Shown piece by piece: positions 39,493-48,498 of a stretch of 64,000 bases of DNA (position 1 is the first letter of the stretch; each line of letters starts with the position of its first letter). A program made the position numbers and the translations under genes. The notes under the pieces are model-generated. The model made no database searches, was not told the origin of the DNA, and saw nothing but the letters and a program-made list of their open reading frames with translations. The stretch comes from an uncultured Chloroflexia bacterium (GTDB taxonomy: Bacteria > Chloroflexota > Anaerolineae > Anaerolineales > E44-bin32), in the NCBI GenBank assembly GCA_963807065.1, contig CAWDZQ010000002.1, positions 177,260 through 241,259 of the forward strand, written 5' to 3'.

Positions 39493-39611
39493 CTCGCCCT
39501 CGAGTTTCTCCGTCATCGAAAACAAGTCGCCCGATCAGCCAGTTTGAACGATCGGGGTGGGTCAGTGTATTCTTGGGAATACACTGGCCCACCCTCCCTT
39601 TCAGATTGCGG

Positions 39612-41045
39612 CTACTGTACAGGCGGGGCAGGAATGGTCAGATCGGGAAATTCGTTCCGAACTGCGTCCAGCCACGTAGACCACATCTCTGCTTCGGTCG
39701 TCGTTCCGCTAAGATACGCGGCCAGCGGGTCGTTTAGGGCACGCTGAATGGCGTCGTCAGAGCCGGTCAGCAACGCGCCATTTACACTCGGTGCGGCCTG
39801 GGCGAAGGCTCCATATGAGTTCTCCCCACCGAGGAAGTCGGACAGTGTGGAATTGTCGAAGCTGCTCGTAATCTTGTCGACTACCACCTGGCTGGAGACG
39901 AAATCTCCAGCCGCCTGAGCCTGGTCGTCGGGCGTGGTCGGATCGATGGCCTTCAGGTATTCATTGGTGTAAACGCCCGTTGCCCAATTGGTCAGGTTCT
40001 GTTCGTCGAGGGCGACGAACCTGACGAATTCCGTCGCCAGTTCACTATTCGGGCTACCCTTCAGGACGCCGACCCATGTGCCACCCCACTGGTAGGAGAG
40101 CGGACCGTTGACCATGGCCCAGTCACCGCCGGTGCCCGCCCCGCCAGACGCCGGGACGGAGTTGGGGCTCAAGACATACGGAAGGCCCCAGGTCGGGAGG
40201 AAGTAGCTGAAGACCTTCTTGGGGGTGCCATTGGCATCCACCAGCGTGTCATTCATACCGGAAAACCAGCCTTCAGTCCACTGCGTCGCTCCAGATTCGT
40301 AGCCCATGTCGCGCATCAGTTTGGCGAAATGGACGTACTCCACGATCTTAGGATCAATCACCAGTGTATCGTCGACTACCCAGGGCTGAGCGCGATTGGA
40401 GAGGAAGGGTGTAAACAACTCGGCACCAGTTCCAACCATGAAGTAATCGCCAGTGCCGCAGGCCTTAATCTTGGCGGCGGTGTCAAGGAACTTGGTCATG
40501 TCAGCGACCATGGCCTGCACCGCAACCGGATCATCGGTGCCGAGGCATTCTTTCGCGATGCTCCGGCGATAGAAGAAGGCTCCCGGAGTGGCCTGGTAAG
40601 AATAGGCCCTTGTCTCGCCGTTGAAGGTACCGACCTGGACCACGTTTTGGTAGGTCTTGAGGGTTTTGGTCAGAGGCAGAAGCGAATTCAAGTTGGCCAA
40701 CAGGTCGGACTCAACCCACTCTTTCACGAAAGCGGCTTCAAGCGCAACCACATCCGGAGAATTGGCGGTTCCAGCGGCCGCTTTCACTTTGGTTTGATAT
40801 TCACCGTTGGTCATAGGGATCAAGGTGTAGTTGACGGTCACCCCAGGGTGGACACCTTCAAAAGCAATCGCCATCGTCCTCAGTTCGGCGGTGAACGACC
40901 ACACGTTCAGGGTGCCAGTTAGTTCGGCAGGAGTGGGTGTATCCGCAGCCGCCGGTGCTTGGGTTGCTGGGGCACCACCGCAGGCGACCAAGAGCATACC
41001 TGTGACCATCATGAAGCTAAGGGCGGATACTGCAGACTTGCGCAT
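39612..41045 (-). CDS. CUT1-family extracellular solute-binding lipoprotein (oligosaccharide-type)
   Basis: The 477-aa ORF has a lipoprotein signal (MLLVACGG) and family-1 SBP-like sequence. It is the first gene of the transporter operon. Confidence 0.88.
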   Translation of the reverse strand: MRKSAVSALSFMMVTGMLLVACGGAPATQAPAAADTPTPAELTGTLNVWSFTAELRTMAIAFEGVHPGVTVNYTLIPMTNGEYQTKVKAAAGTANSPDVVALEAAFVKEWVESDLLANLNSLLPLTKTLKTYQNVVQVGTFNGETRAYSYQATPGAFFYRRSIAKECLGTDDPVAVQAMVADMTKFLDTAAKIKACGTGDYFMVGTGAELFTPFLSNRAQPWVVDDTLVIDPKIVEYVHFAKLMRDMGYESGATQWTEGWFSGMNDTLVDANGTPKKVFSYFLPTWGLPYVLSPNSVPASGGAGTGGDWAMVNGPLSYQWGGTWVGVLKGSPNSELATEFVRFVALDEQNLTNWATGVYTNEYLKAIDPTTPDDQAQAAGDFVSSQVVVDKITSSFDNSTLSDFLGGENSYGAFAQAAPSVNGALLTGSDDAIQRALNDPLAAYLSGTTTEAEMWSTWLDAVRNEFPDLTIPAPPVQ

Positions 41046-41226
41046 GTGTCTTCTCCTTCGTATGCTTTAGGCGGAGAGAAATCTCCGTTCGACTGTGCAG
41101 GTCTTCCTTCGTCCGCTCATGGCAGAAGTGAAGACCTGTGCATTTCTTAGCAGGGCCTCAGAATCACCTCCCTTTCTTTAGGTGCTCTTTGCATTGCACA
41201 AAAGTTTCGAGCCAGCAACGCCCGAG

Positions 41227-42303
41227 CTAAGTTGTTCTTGTCAAGGCACGACAGGAACTTCTTCTCACCAAGCTAGTGGGCATCTTATAGACTTGTTCAT
41301 CCAGGGTTTCATGATCGACGAGCTCGATGAGCATCTGCACTGCAACGTAGCCCATCTCCTCCAGGGATTGATCGACAGTGGTCAGGCCCAAGTACTTGGC
41401 TTCGGCAATGTTGTCAAAACCCACCACCGACAAGTCCTCGGGGATGCGCACGCGCAACTCTTCTGCCGCCTGAAAAACCCCGATCGCGGATTGATCATTC
41501 GCCGCAAAAATCGCCGTAGGTGGAGTCTCCAAGCCAAGCAAATCGAGCGTACACTTGTATCCTTTCTCAGCCGAAAAGTCCCCTAGCGCCACATACTCCT
41601 CGGGCACCCCAATCCCCGCTCTGGCAAGTGTGTCCCGATAGCCCTCCAGGCGACGCTCACCACTTCCAATTTCAGGTCGGCCGGTAATGAACGCAATTCG
41701 TCGATGGCCCAGCCCAATCAGGTACTCCATCGCATCAACGGCGCCCTGGTAGTTTGTGGCCTGAACGTAAGGGTAATTTGGGTCATCGCCATGAGGATCC
41801 ACGGAGACGATCGGGGCGTCCGAAACAAAGTTGGCCGCCGCGGACGCCACAATAATCACACCGTCAGTCATCGAGTTGCTAAGAATGGAAACATAGTGCT
41901 GTTCATGGGATGCGGCGCCGATTTTTCTGATATCCCCGGTTGTGTACACCAAAAGATCGAACGTCAATTCCACGATCGCACGGTTGATACCCTTCATAAT
42001 CTCAATCGAATATGGGAAGCCGATGTCTGGAACGACAAGGCCGATAAGATTCTTTTTTCGACTGCGCATACTCCGCGCAGCCAAGCTCGAGGCATAGCCG
42101 AGCTTGTCGATGACCTTTTGGACCCGCACCGAGGTCTCGGCGGAGACATCATCTTTGTTGTTTAGAACACGGGAAACGGTCGAGACTGAAACGCCGGCTC
42201 TCTCAGCGACATCGAAGATGGTGATCGAACGCTTCTTGGTGTTCAATGCTGGCAGCCCCGATAATGTTACCGGGAACGTTACCGGATTGATCCATTCTTG
42301 CAT
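41227..42303 (-). CDS. LacI-family transcriptional regulator
   Basis: Has an HTH (ITIFDVAERAGVSVSTVSRVLNN) and a periplasmic-binding-fold effector domain. The true start may be the TTG at 42246. Confidence 0.88.
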   Translation of the reverse strand: MQEWINPVTFPVTLSGLPALNTKKRSITIFDVAERAGVSVSTVSRVLNNKDDVSAETSVRVQKVIDKLGYASSLAARSMRSRKKNLIGLVVPDIGFPYSIEIMKGINRAIVELTFDLLVYTTGDIRKIGAASHEQHYVSILSNSMTDGVIIVASAAANFVSDAPIVSVDPHGDDPNYPYVQATNYQGAVDAMEYLIGLGHRRIAFITGRPEIGSGERRLEGYRDTLARAGIGVPEEYVALGDFSAEKGYKCTLDLLGLETPPTAIFAANDQSAIGVFQAAEELRVRIPEDLSVVGFDNIAEAKYLGLTTVDQSLEEMGYVAVQMLIELVDHETLDEQVYKMPTSLVRRSSCRALTRTT

Positions 42304-43222
42304 ATTCTGTGGGCAGAGTCAAGTAGGTTGTTTCCCCCGGGTTGTGGTGTCACGCGCCGAAAGCCGGGGCCGAGAAAGGCCGACCATCGATGACGTCGCT
42401 CAAGATCGCCGACACGGGCCGCCACCGCTCCACCCTTCGTTCGACCCAGAAATCACAGCACCTAAATGCGCGGCCGTGGATGAGCGGTATCTCGCCTTGA
42501 AGTCGCGCTCGACCTTGTTGCATGCGAGCCGCCTGGAAGTCACTGGTTGTGACTGTTCGGACCCGAAGCACGCTGGGGAGGCAGTTGGACAAGAGAACGC
42601 CCACCAGCCAAGCTGGCTGACCCATACGCCGCCGAGGCTGGGTAGCGGTGGGCGGCGCCGATATGGCGCACTGAGAAGGCGAGGTTGGCCGAAGTCATCG
42701 CCCTGATCAGAGCCGCGTTGCGTTACCTGCCCGACTTCACCTACCGACAGCTTCAAACGCTCCAGGTTCCATCGCCCCCTTCGTGCGTTTCGCCGACCCC
42801 GACTTGACCATATTCGTTGATGTCGTCGGCCAGCCCGTCGGTTTGGTTTCCCAGCATCCCCAATCTGGAAAGAAGACCTGATCGGGGTTGATGGCTTGCG
42901 CCATGTTGCGGACTGCGCCCGCCTGTGGTGGGCAATCCGCCGGCGCCCGGGCTGCCTGGCGAGCAAGAGGCTGCTCGTGTTGCCCTAGTTCTGGGACACC
43001 GGGGTGGCGCGGCTACTATCTGACAAAGTGGCCCGCTGGGCCAGGGGGAAAGGCTGCCTTTGGGCGCAACTGACTGAGGCCTCGACTGACAACCCCCATA
43101 CACCCGGCCTTGCGGATCGCCTGTGCACGAAGCTTCACAAGCGCCATTGAGTCTATCCCAAGCCGCTCACGCCCCCTCGCTTCAGCCAACCCCAGCGGTC
43201 GAGGGGGGCCTCCGTGCTCGTT

Positions 43223-43238
43223 TGTGACGCGCTTCACA
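43223..43238. promoter_or_regulatory. perfect CRP/FNR-type site TGTGA-N6-TCACA in an ORF-poor region
   Basis: The sequence is cgTTTGTGAcgcgctTCACAAAtcg. It lies 58 nt downstream of the MFS gene stop (43296) and about 920 nt upstream of the LacI ATG. Confidence 0.45.
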
Positions 43239-43295
43239 AATCGGCCGGCATGGCCCACTGGTCCCCCCTTGCGGTTGTCCCCTATCAATGGGTGG

Positions 43296-44714
43296 TCAGG
43301 CTTGATCCAACCTGAGCGGCCTGTCGTTTCCCCGGCTGAAGGAAACTCCAGCCGCCAGCACTGCCACCCCGCTGGCGAAGACCATGCTGACGTCAAAAGC
43401 GTGCACCAGGATCGCCCGGTCGGCGCCGCCGCTCGGGCCTAACAGGGTATTGAAGATGGCGCCGGTCAGCCCGATCCCCAGCGCCATGCCGACGTTGCGC
43501 GCCAGCGCCAGCACGCCGGCGGCAATCCCTTGTTTGGTTGGGGGCGCGGCACCCATCAGCGCGCTGTTGTTGGGGGCGACGAACAGCCCCGTGCCTAGGC
43601 CACAAATTGCCAGGCCGGCCACGGTCAGCCCGAGCGGCGAGGTTTGCCGCATGAGGGATAGGACACACAATCCCGCGGCCAGGAGCGACATGCCCAGCGT
43701 GGTCGGGATGCGTGACCCGACGCGATCAGAGAGGCTGCCGCTGAGGGGCGCCGTTACGGCCATCACCAGGGGTTGAGCCGCGAGAATCAGCCCCGCCTGG
43801 GCCGCCGAAAGCCCCCGCGCCAGAATGAGGAAGAACGGCAGGAGGAAAGTGACGCTGTAAAGGCAGATGTAGTTGAGGATCGGGGTGACCGTTGAAACGG
43901 CAAAAACGCGGTGCTTGAATAGTCCGAGGTCCAACATCGGCGCCTGGACGCGCCTCTCGAGCCCGATGAAAAGTCCAATGAGAGCCAGGGCCCCTGCCAG
44001 GGTCCCCAAGATGACCGGCGACAGCCACCCCAGATTATGACCCTGGTCAAGCGCAAAGAGCAGTCCCGTCAACCCCACGGCAAAAGTCGCCGCCCCCGCC
44101 CAGTCAAACCGCTCGTGCTCGCCGGCTGGCCGGTCAACCGGTATCACCGCCAGGCTGAGCGACATGGCCAGGAGGCCGATCGGAACATTGATAAAGAAGA
44201 CACTGTGCCAGCCAAAGGTGTCGGCCAACCACCCGCCGAAAGACGGACCCGTCGTCAGGCCCAGATAGGTCATCGTGCCCTGGACGCCAAGCGCCTGGCC
44301 GCGCTGCCGGGCGGGGAAGTTCTTGGTGAGGATGGCCGGGGAGATGGCGAAGAGCATCGCTGCGCCGATAGCCTGCAGCCCGCGGGCGGAGATTAGAAGG
44401 GCCGGCGAAGGGGCAAGGCCGCACAGGGCCGAACCGATGATGAAGACCCCGAAGCCGGCGAGGTAGATGATCTTGTTGCCGCGCATATCCCCCAGGCGGC
44501 CGACGGTCAACAGGAGCGCGCTCACCACAAGAAGGTACGTGGTCACTACCCACTCCACCGTGGCCACATCCGTCTTGAAGGTGGTGGTCACCACGGGCAG
44601 GATCGTGTTCACCACGCTCCCGTCCAGCGCTGACATGTAGGTACCGATGCCGATGGCCACCAGCACCAGCCACTTGCGTTCGATGGAGAATCTGCCTCTC
44701 GCGTCAATGCCCAT
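43296..44714 (-). CDS. MFS transporter, 14-TM drug:H+ antiporter (DHA2/EmrB-like) type
   Basis: Has 14 predicted TM helices and MFS motif A-like GRLGDMRGNK. I preferred the start at 44714 (MGIDARG). Confidence 0.88.
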   Translation of the reverse strand: MGIDARGRFSIERKWLVLVAIGIGTYMSALDGSVVNTILPVVTTTFKTDVATVEWVVTTYLLVVSALLLTVGRLGDMRGNKIIYLAGFGVFIIGSALCGLAPSPALLISARGLQAIGAAMLFAISPAILTKNFPARQRGQALGVQGTMTYLGLTTGPSFGGWLADTFGWHSVFFINVPIGLLAMSLSLAVIPVDRPAGEHERFDWAGAATFAVGLTGLLFALDQGHNLGWLSPVILGTLAGALALIGLFIGLERRVQAPMLDLGLFKHRVFAVSTVTPILNYICLYSVTFLLPFFLILARGLSAAQAGLILAAQPLVMAVTAPLSGSLSDRVGSRIPTTLGMSLLAAGLCVLSLMRQTSPLGLTVAGLAICGLGTGLFVAPNNSALMGAAPPTKQGIAAGVLALARNVGMALGIGLTGAIFNTLLGPSGGADRAILVHAFDVSMVFASGVAVLAAGVSFSRGNDRPLRLDQA

Positions 44715-44958
44715 GAATGGGATCCTTGGCCTCCGACCATAGACTGCCCATTGGGTAGGGAACACAAAGGCGGCCCCCGAGGCTGTCAGGCGGCCGCGAA
44801 CCACGTAGGGCAACTTCGTGGGGGAAATCGAGGCTTGCGCCTGGGGTCACCCTCTTGGTTGTCGCCAACTCATTGGCCGCAGAGGAGTGTCCGCTCGGTT
44901 GGCGTCCATCAGCTGCGGCGGGTCGCCGGTCCGAATCCAAACCTTCCAATCAGGCAGC

Positions 44959-45582
44959 TCAGGCTCTCTGATTCGGCATCAAGAACCTGTCGGGGAACAC
45001 GTACGGCGTTTGGCTGTCCTTGAGCCAGTCAATGAGCTTGAGAATGCCGATGTAGTTGAGCGCAACGCCCAGGACAAGTCCCAAGACCCAATCGGTGGGC
45101 GTCACCAAGCTGCCTGCCACCAGCACATACCCATAAGACATGGCGATTGGAGCAAACAGAAGCAGGGCGGTGAGCATGCCAGGGTTGTAGCGCGTTCTGC
45201 CTTTGAGGTTGAAGAGGAAAGTGTGCGCGATGACGTTCCCGACGGAGACCAACATGGCGGCGATGCCAAGCCAGGAGAATCTTCCGCCCAGCACGGCTGC
45301 CAGCAGGTAGGTCATCCAGCCCACAAGAATGTTGATGATCATGGCCGTGTTGGTGTTCAGTGGAAAGCGATCAGGCTGACGGCTGTTGAACATCACGGCG
45401 TTCATCATGCCGGGGAAGTAGCCCGGAAAACGATACTCCTCGAACTGGTGCAGGAACAGGGCAATCAGATTGGCCCACAGCAAGAGTGAGAGCATCTCCA
45501 AGCGGCTGGAAAGAACGTAGCCAGCGCTCAGGACAGCGAATCCGATGCCGACGTCGAACCAATGCAATCGCAGAAAGTTCAT
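44959..45582 (-). CDS. HXXEE-domain membrane protein
   Basis: Has an HQFEEY motif in a polytopic membrane protein. I preferred the start at 45582 (MNFLRLHWFD). Confidence 0.7.
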   Translation of the reverse strand: MNFLRLHWFDVGIGFAVLSAGYVLSSRLEMLSLLLWANLIALFLHQFEEYRFPGYFPGMMNAVMFNSRQPDRFPLNTNTAMIINILVGWMTYLLAAVLGGRFSWLGIAAMLVSVGNVIAHTFLFNLKGRTRYNPGMLTALLLFAPIAMSYGYVLVAGSLVTPTDWVLGLVLGVALNYIGILKLIDWLKDSQTPYVFPDRFLMPNQRA

Positions 45583-45653
45583 TCGGGCCTCCCGCCGGCC
45601 TCGATCGCTCTCAAGGGTCTCCAAAGCACGCTGCCAAGGCTGGACCCCCGACC

Positions 45654-46775
45654 CTAATCCGCGGCGGGCTGACCTTCCCTCTGCGCGGTCTCACGGAAAT
45701 ACCGCCTATGCAGCCCGAAAGCAACATTCACCAGACCGATCATCACCGGGACTTCGATCAGCGGACCGATGACAGCGGCGAAAGCCGCACCGGAGTCGAT
45801 GCCGAACACGGCCACGGAGACGGCGATAGCCAGCTCGAAGTTGTTGCTGGCGGCGGTGAAGGCCAGCGTGGTGGTCTTCGAATAGTCGGAGCCGATCCGC
45901 CGCCCCATCCAAAACGAGACCATGAACATCACGATGAAATAGATCACGAGCGGGAGCGCGATCCGCACCACGTCCAGCGGGATGGTGAGAATGAGATTCC
46001 CCTTGAGGCTGAACATGACCACGATAGTGAACAACAATGCGACCAGGGTCAGCGGGCTGATGCGCGGCACGAACCGTCCCTCATACCAACTTCTTCCCCT
46101 AAACCTGATCAGGACCCACCGAGTCAAGAACCCGGCCGCAAATGGGATGCCCAAGTAGATAAACACGCTGCGGGCGATCTCGCCGATGGTGACGTGGACC
46201 GTGCTCCCGGGCAAACCCATCCAGGTCGGCAATACGGTGATGAATACATAAGCGTACAGGCTGTAGAAGAAGACCTGAAACAGGCTGTTGAACGCCACCA
46301 GGCCTGCGGCGTATTCCGTGTCCCCGCCGGCCAGCTCATTCCAGACGATGACCATGGCGATGCATCGCGCCAGCCCGATCATGATCAAGCCGGCCATATA
46401 CTCGGGATAACCTCTCAGGAATACAACCGCCAGGACGAACATCAGGATGGGCCCGATGATCCAGTTCTGAATGAGGGAGAATCCCAGAATTCTACGATTT
46501 CGGAACACATCCCCTAGTTCTTCATAGTGCACCTTGGCCAGCGGCGGATACATCATCAGGATCAATCCTAGGGCAATCGGGATGTTGGTCGTGCCCACGG
46601 AAACCGCCTGATTGAACGCTTCCACGGTACGCGGGAGGGCATACCCCAGGCCCACGCCCAGCGCCATCGCCATGAAGATCCAAAGGGTGAGAAAGCGGTC
46701 CAAGAAGGACAGCCGCTTGGCTGGCTGCGACGAATTACCCTGGACGGCAGCGCTCTCAGTCAAGGTCTGCCTCAA
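45654..46775 (-). CDS. acr3: ACR3-family arsenite efflux permease
   Basis: The 373-aa polytopic protein has ACR3-like sequence ([28 protein letters not shown]). It sits in an ars operon context. Confidence 0.9.
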   Translation of the reverse strand: MRQTLTESAAVQGNSSQPAKRLSFLDRFLTLWIFMAMALGVGLGYALPRTVEAFNQAVSVGTTNIPIALGLILMMYPPLAKVHYEELGDVFRNRRILGFSLIQNWIIGPILMFVLAVVFLRGYPEYMAGLIMIGLARCIAMVIVWNELAGGDTEYAAGLVAFNSLFQVFFYSLYAYVFITVLPTWMGLPGSTVHVTIGEIARSVFIYLGIPFAAGFLTRWVLIRFRGRSWYEGRFVPRISPLTLVALLFTIVVMFSLKGNLILTIPLDVVRIALPLVIYFIVMFMVSFWMGRRIGSDYSKTTTLAFTAASNNFELAIAVSVAVFGIDSGAAFAAVIGPLIEVPVMIGLVNVAFGLHRRYFRETAQREGQPAAD

Positions 46776-47208
46776 AGCCAGGGGAAGCTACCGGGTCGGT
46801 TTGAGCAAGAATCCCTGGGATGTCACGAACGATGGCGTCCCGGACGTCGCGAAAGACATTCATCATCTCTTCCTCCAAGCCAACAGCTTTGGCGGGGTCC
46901 GGAAAGCCATGGTGGACGCGCCTACCGCGTCCCAGCCACACGGGACATTCCTCCGCCGCTGAGTCGCACACTGTCACGACCAGATCGAACTCAAAGTCTT
47001 GGAACTCAACCGCCGACTTGGAGCGTCCCTGATGGTGAATACCGATCTCCTCAAGCGCTCTGATAGCTCTGGGATGAACAGAGCCCGCCGGGTGCGTTCC
47101 GGCGCTGTACGCTACCCACTGCCCGCCGAATCGAGCGTTGACGATCGCCTCCGCCATCTGCGATCGGCAAGAATTGCCCGTGCACAGGAAGAGGACTTTG
47201 CGCTTCAC
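46756..47208 (-). CDS. arsC: arsenate reductase, LMW-PTPase (thioredoxin-coupled) type
   Basis: Has the [13 protein letters not shown]-loop. The GTG start at 47208 overlaps the arsR stop (GTGA). Confidence 0.88.
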   Translation of the reverse strand: MKRKVLFLCTGNSCRSQMAEAIVNARFGGQWVAYSAGTHPAGSVHPRAIRALEEIGIHHQGRSKSAVEFQDFEFDLVVTVCDSAAEECPVWLGRGRRVHHGFPDPAKAVGLEEEMMNVFRDVRDAIVRDIPGILAQTDPVASPGFEADLD

Positions 47209-47588
47209 CCGGGCCGTCCATCGTCCCGCATGGCCAAGCCGCCCGATTCTGCGAGAGCGACTTGCGGTCCGCACGTCAATCGACGGGGTTGGACCCGCTC
47301 AATATCAAAGAAGGCGCCCAAAGCGCCATTGAGCGCTTTCAACGTCGCCTTGTTGACCGAGTAATACACCCATCGGGCGTCAAGGGCATCGCGCTCGCTC
47401 TCTATCAGGCCGGAGTCTCGCAGGACGCCAAGATGATGAGAGATGAGGTTGGCCGGTAGTCCGAGCTCGTCTCCCAGCTGACAGTTGCATTGGTAGCCAC
47501 GAATGATCCGATCGAGAAGCGCCAGGCGGTTCGGTTCAGCCAACACCTTGAGGACTTGGACCATATTCTCTTGCCGTGAAGCATTCAT
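47205..47588 (-). CDS. arsR: ArsR/SmtB-family metalloregulator
   Basis: Has a winged HTH (LKVLAEPNRLALLDRI) and a CNC-containing metal site (YQCNCQLGDELG). Confidence 0.88.
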   Translation of the reverse strand: MNASRQENMVQVLKVLAEPNRLALLDRIIRGYQCNCQLGDELGLPANLISHHLGVLRDSGLIESERDALDARWVYYSVNKATLKALNGALGAFFDIERVQPRRLTCGPQVALAESGGLAMRDDGRPG

Positions 47589-47614
47589 CGCCGCAACCCC
47601 ATCCCACGCACATT

Positions 47615-47634
47615 AGTTCAACCGACATTGAAGT
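47615..47634. promoter_or_regulatory. candidate ArsR operator (imperfect inverted repeat)
   Basis: AGTTCAA-ccgaca-TTGAAGT lies 27 nt upstream of the arsR ATG. Confidence 0.3.
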
Positions 47635-47772
47635 TTACCTTTGTTCCTAGGAGACGACAAACGACCCAACGGCGACTGCCGCTTCATGCTTGGGTCATGC
47701 ATTCCCGACATGATCCTCCTACCCGATTTCATATTCCCGTCCAGGCGCGGACTGTGGGCAGTAGTGTATAAT

Positions 47773-47787
47773 CCGAACACTGTTCGG
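47773..47787. promoter_or_regulatory. TetR-type operator CCGAACA-C-TGTTCGG abutting a TATAAT box
   Basis: A perfect 15-bp palindrome immediately downstream of TATAAT (47767-47772) and upstream of tetR. Confidence 0.6.
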
Positions 47788-47810
47788 TGAAGGTGGGAAG
47801 AGGAATTCTC

Positions 47811-48419
47811 GTGACTGACAAGGTCCAATTGGGAGGCACGCACGATACGCGGGAAGCGATCATTTCGACCGCCCTCCAGCTCATTCAAGAATTCGGCCCG
47901 GAACAGTTTTCATTGCGCGAAATCGCCCGTCGGATCGGATACAGTCCCGCTGGGCTGTACGAATACTTCGACGGCAAGGCAGAGATCGTGCAGGCCGTCC
48001 GCCGGCGGGCGTTGGAGAAATTCTTGAGAGCGATGCACTCGGTACCGTGGGATTTGTCCAGTGACGAATACTTGGTGCAACTGGGCTTGGCCTACATCGC
48101 CTTTGCCAACCGGAACCCGCAGGAATTCTTGCTGCTCTTCACTCATCTGCGGGGATCCGTTAATGAGACGGACATAGAGCGGGAACTGTCGCAAGGCAGC
48201 TATTCATACCTAGAACGAGGGGTGCGACGAGCGATAGAAGAAGGCGTGATCCAGCTATCCGCCGGTTTGGATGATTCTGAGGCCGCCTACAGCCTGTGGG
48301 CGCTGGTTCACGGGATGGCGATGCTGCAAGTCAGCTATCCGCGGAAAATGCCGCTTGATTTCGAGGCGGTCGACCAGGCCTCGCTGCGCGCCATGGTCCA
48401 GGGCTTAGGGTCGGGGTAA
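47811..48419 (+). CDS. TetR/AcrR-family transcriptional regulator
   Basis: Has an HTH (FSLREIARRIGYSPAGLYEYF). The GTG at 47811 has GAGG 8 nt upstream. GTG 47787 is the alternative. Confidence 0.88.
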   Translation: MTDKVQLGGTHDTREAIISTALQLIQEFGPEQFSLREIARRIGYSPAGLYEYFDGKAEIVQAVRRRALEKFLRAMHSVPWDLSSDEYLVQLGLAYIAFANRNPQEFLLLFTHLRGSVNETDIERELSQGSYSYLERGVRRAIEEGVIQLSAGLDDSEAAYSLWALVHGMAMLQVSYPRKMPLDFEAVDQASLRAMVQGLGSG

Positions 48420-48460
48420 AGGTCGTCTAGGACAGATCGGCCACATTTTTTTTGCTGCCG

Positions 48461-48475
48461 TCGAACAGTGTTCGG
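48461..48475. promoter_or_regulatory. second copy of the TetR-type operator (TCGAACA-G-TGTTCGG)
   Basis: It has the same half-sites as 47773..47787 and lies 24 nt upstream of the oxidoreductase ATG. Confidence 0.55.
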
Positions 48476-48498
48476 GTCGGAAGGAGGAGGGTAAAGGC

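Noticed and set aside
41097-41137. An inverted repeat CAGGTCTTC-N23-GAAGACCTG and a TGCATTGCA element in the LacI / binding-protein intergenic region, as a possible LacI operator or terminator.
   Set aside because: The 23-nt loop makes a weak hairpin, and neither element matches the usual 14-20-bp LacI-family palindrome with a central CG. There is too little support to call.
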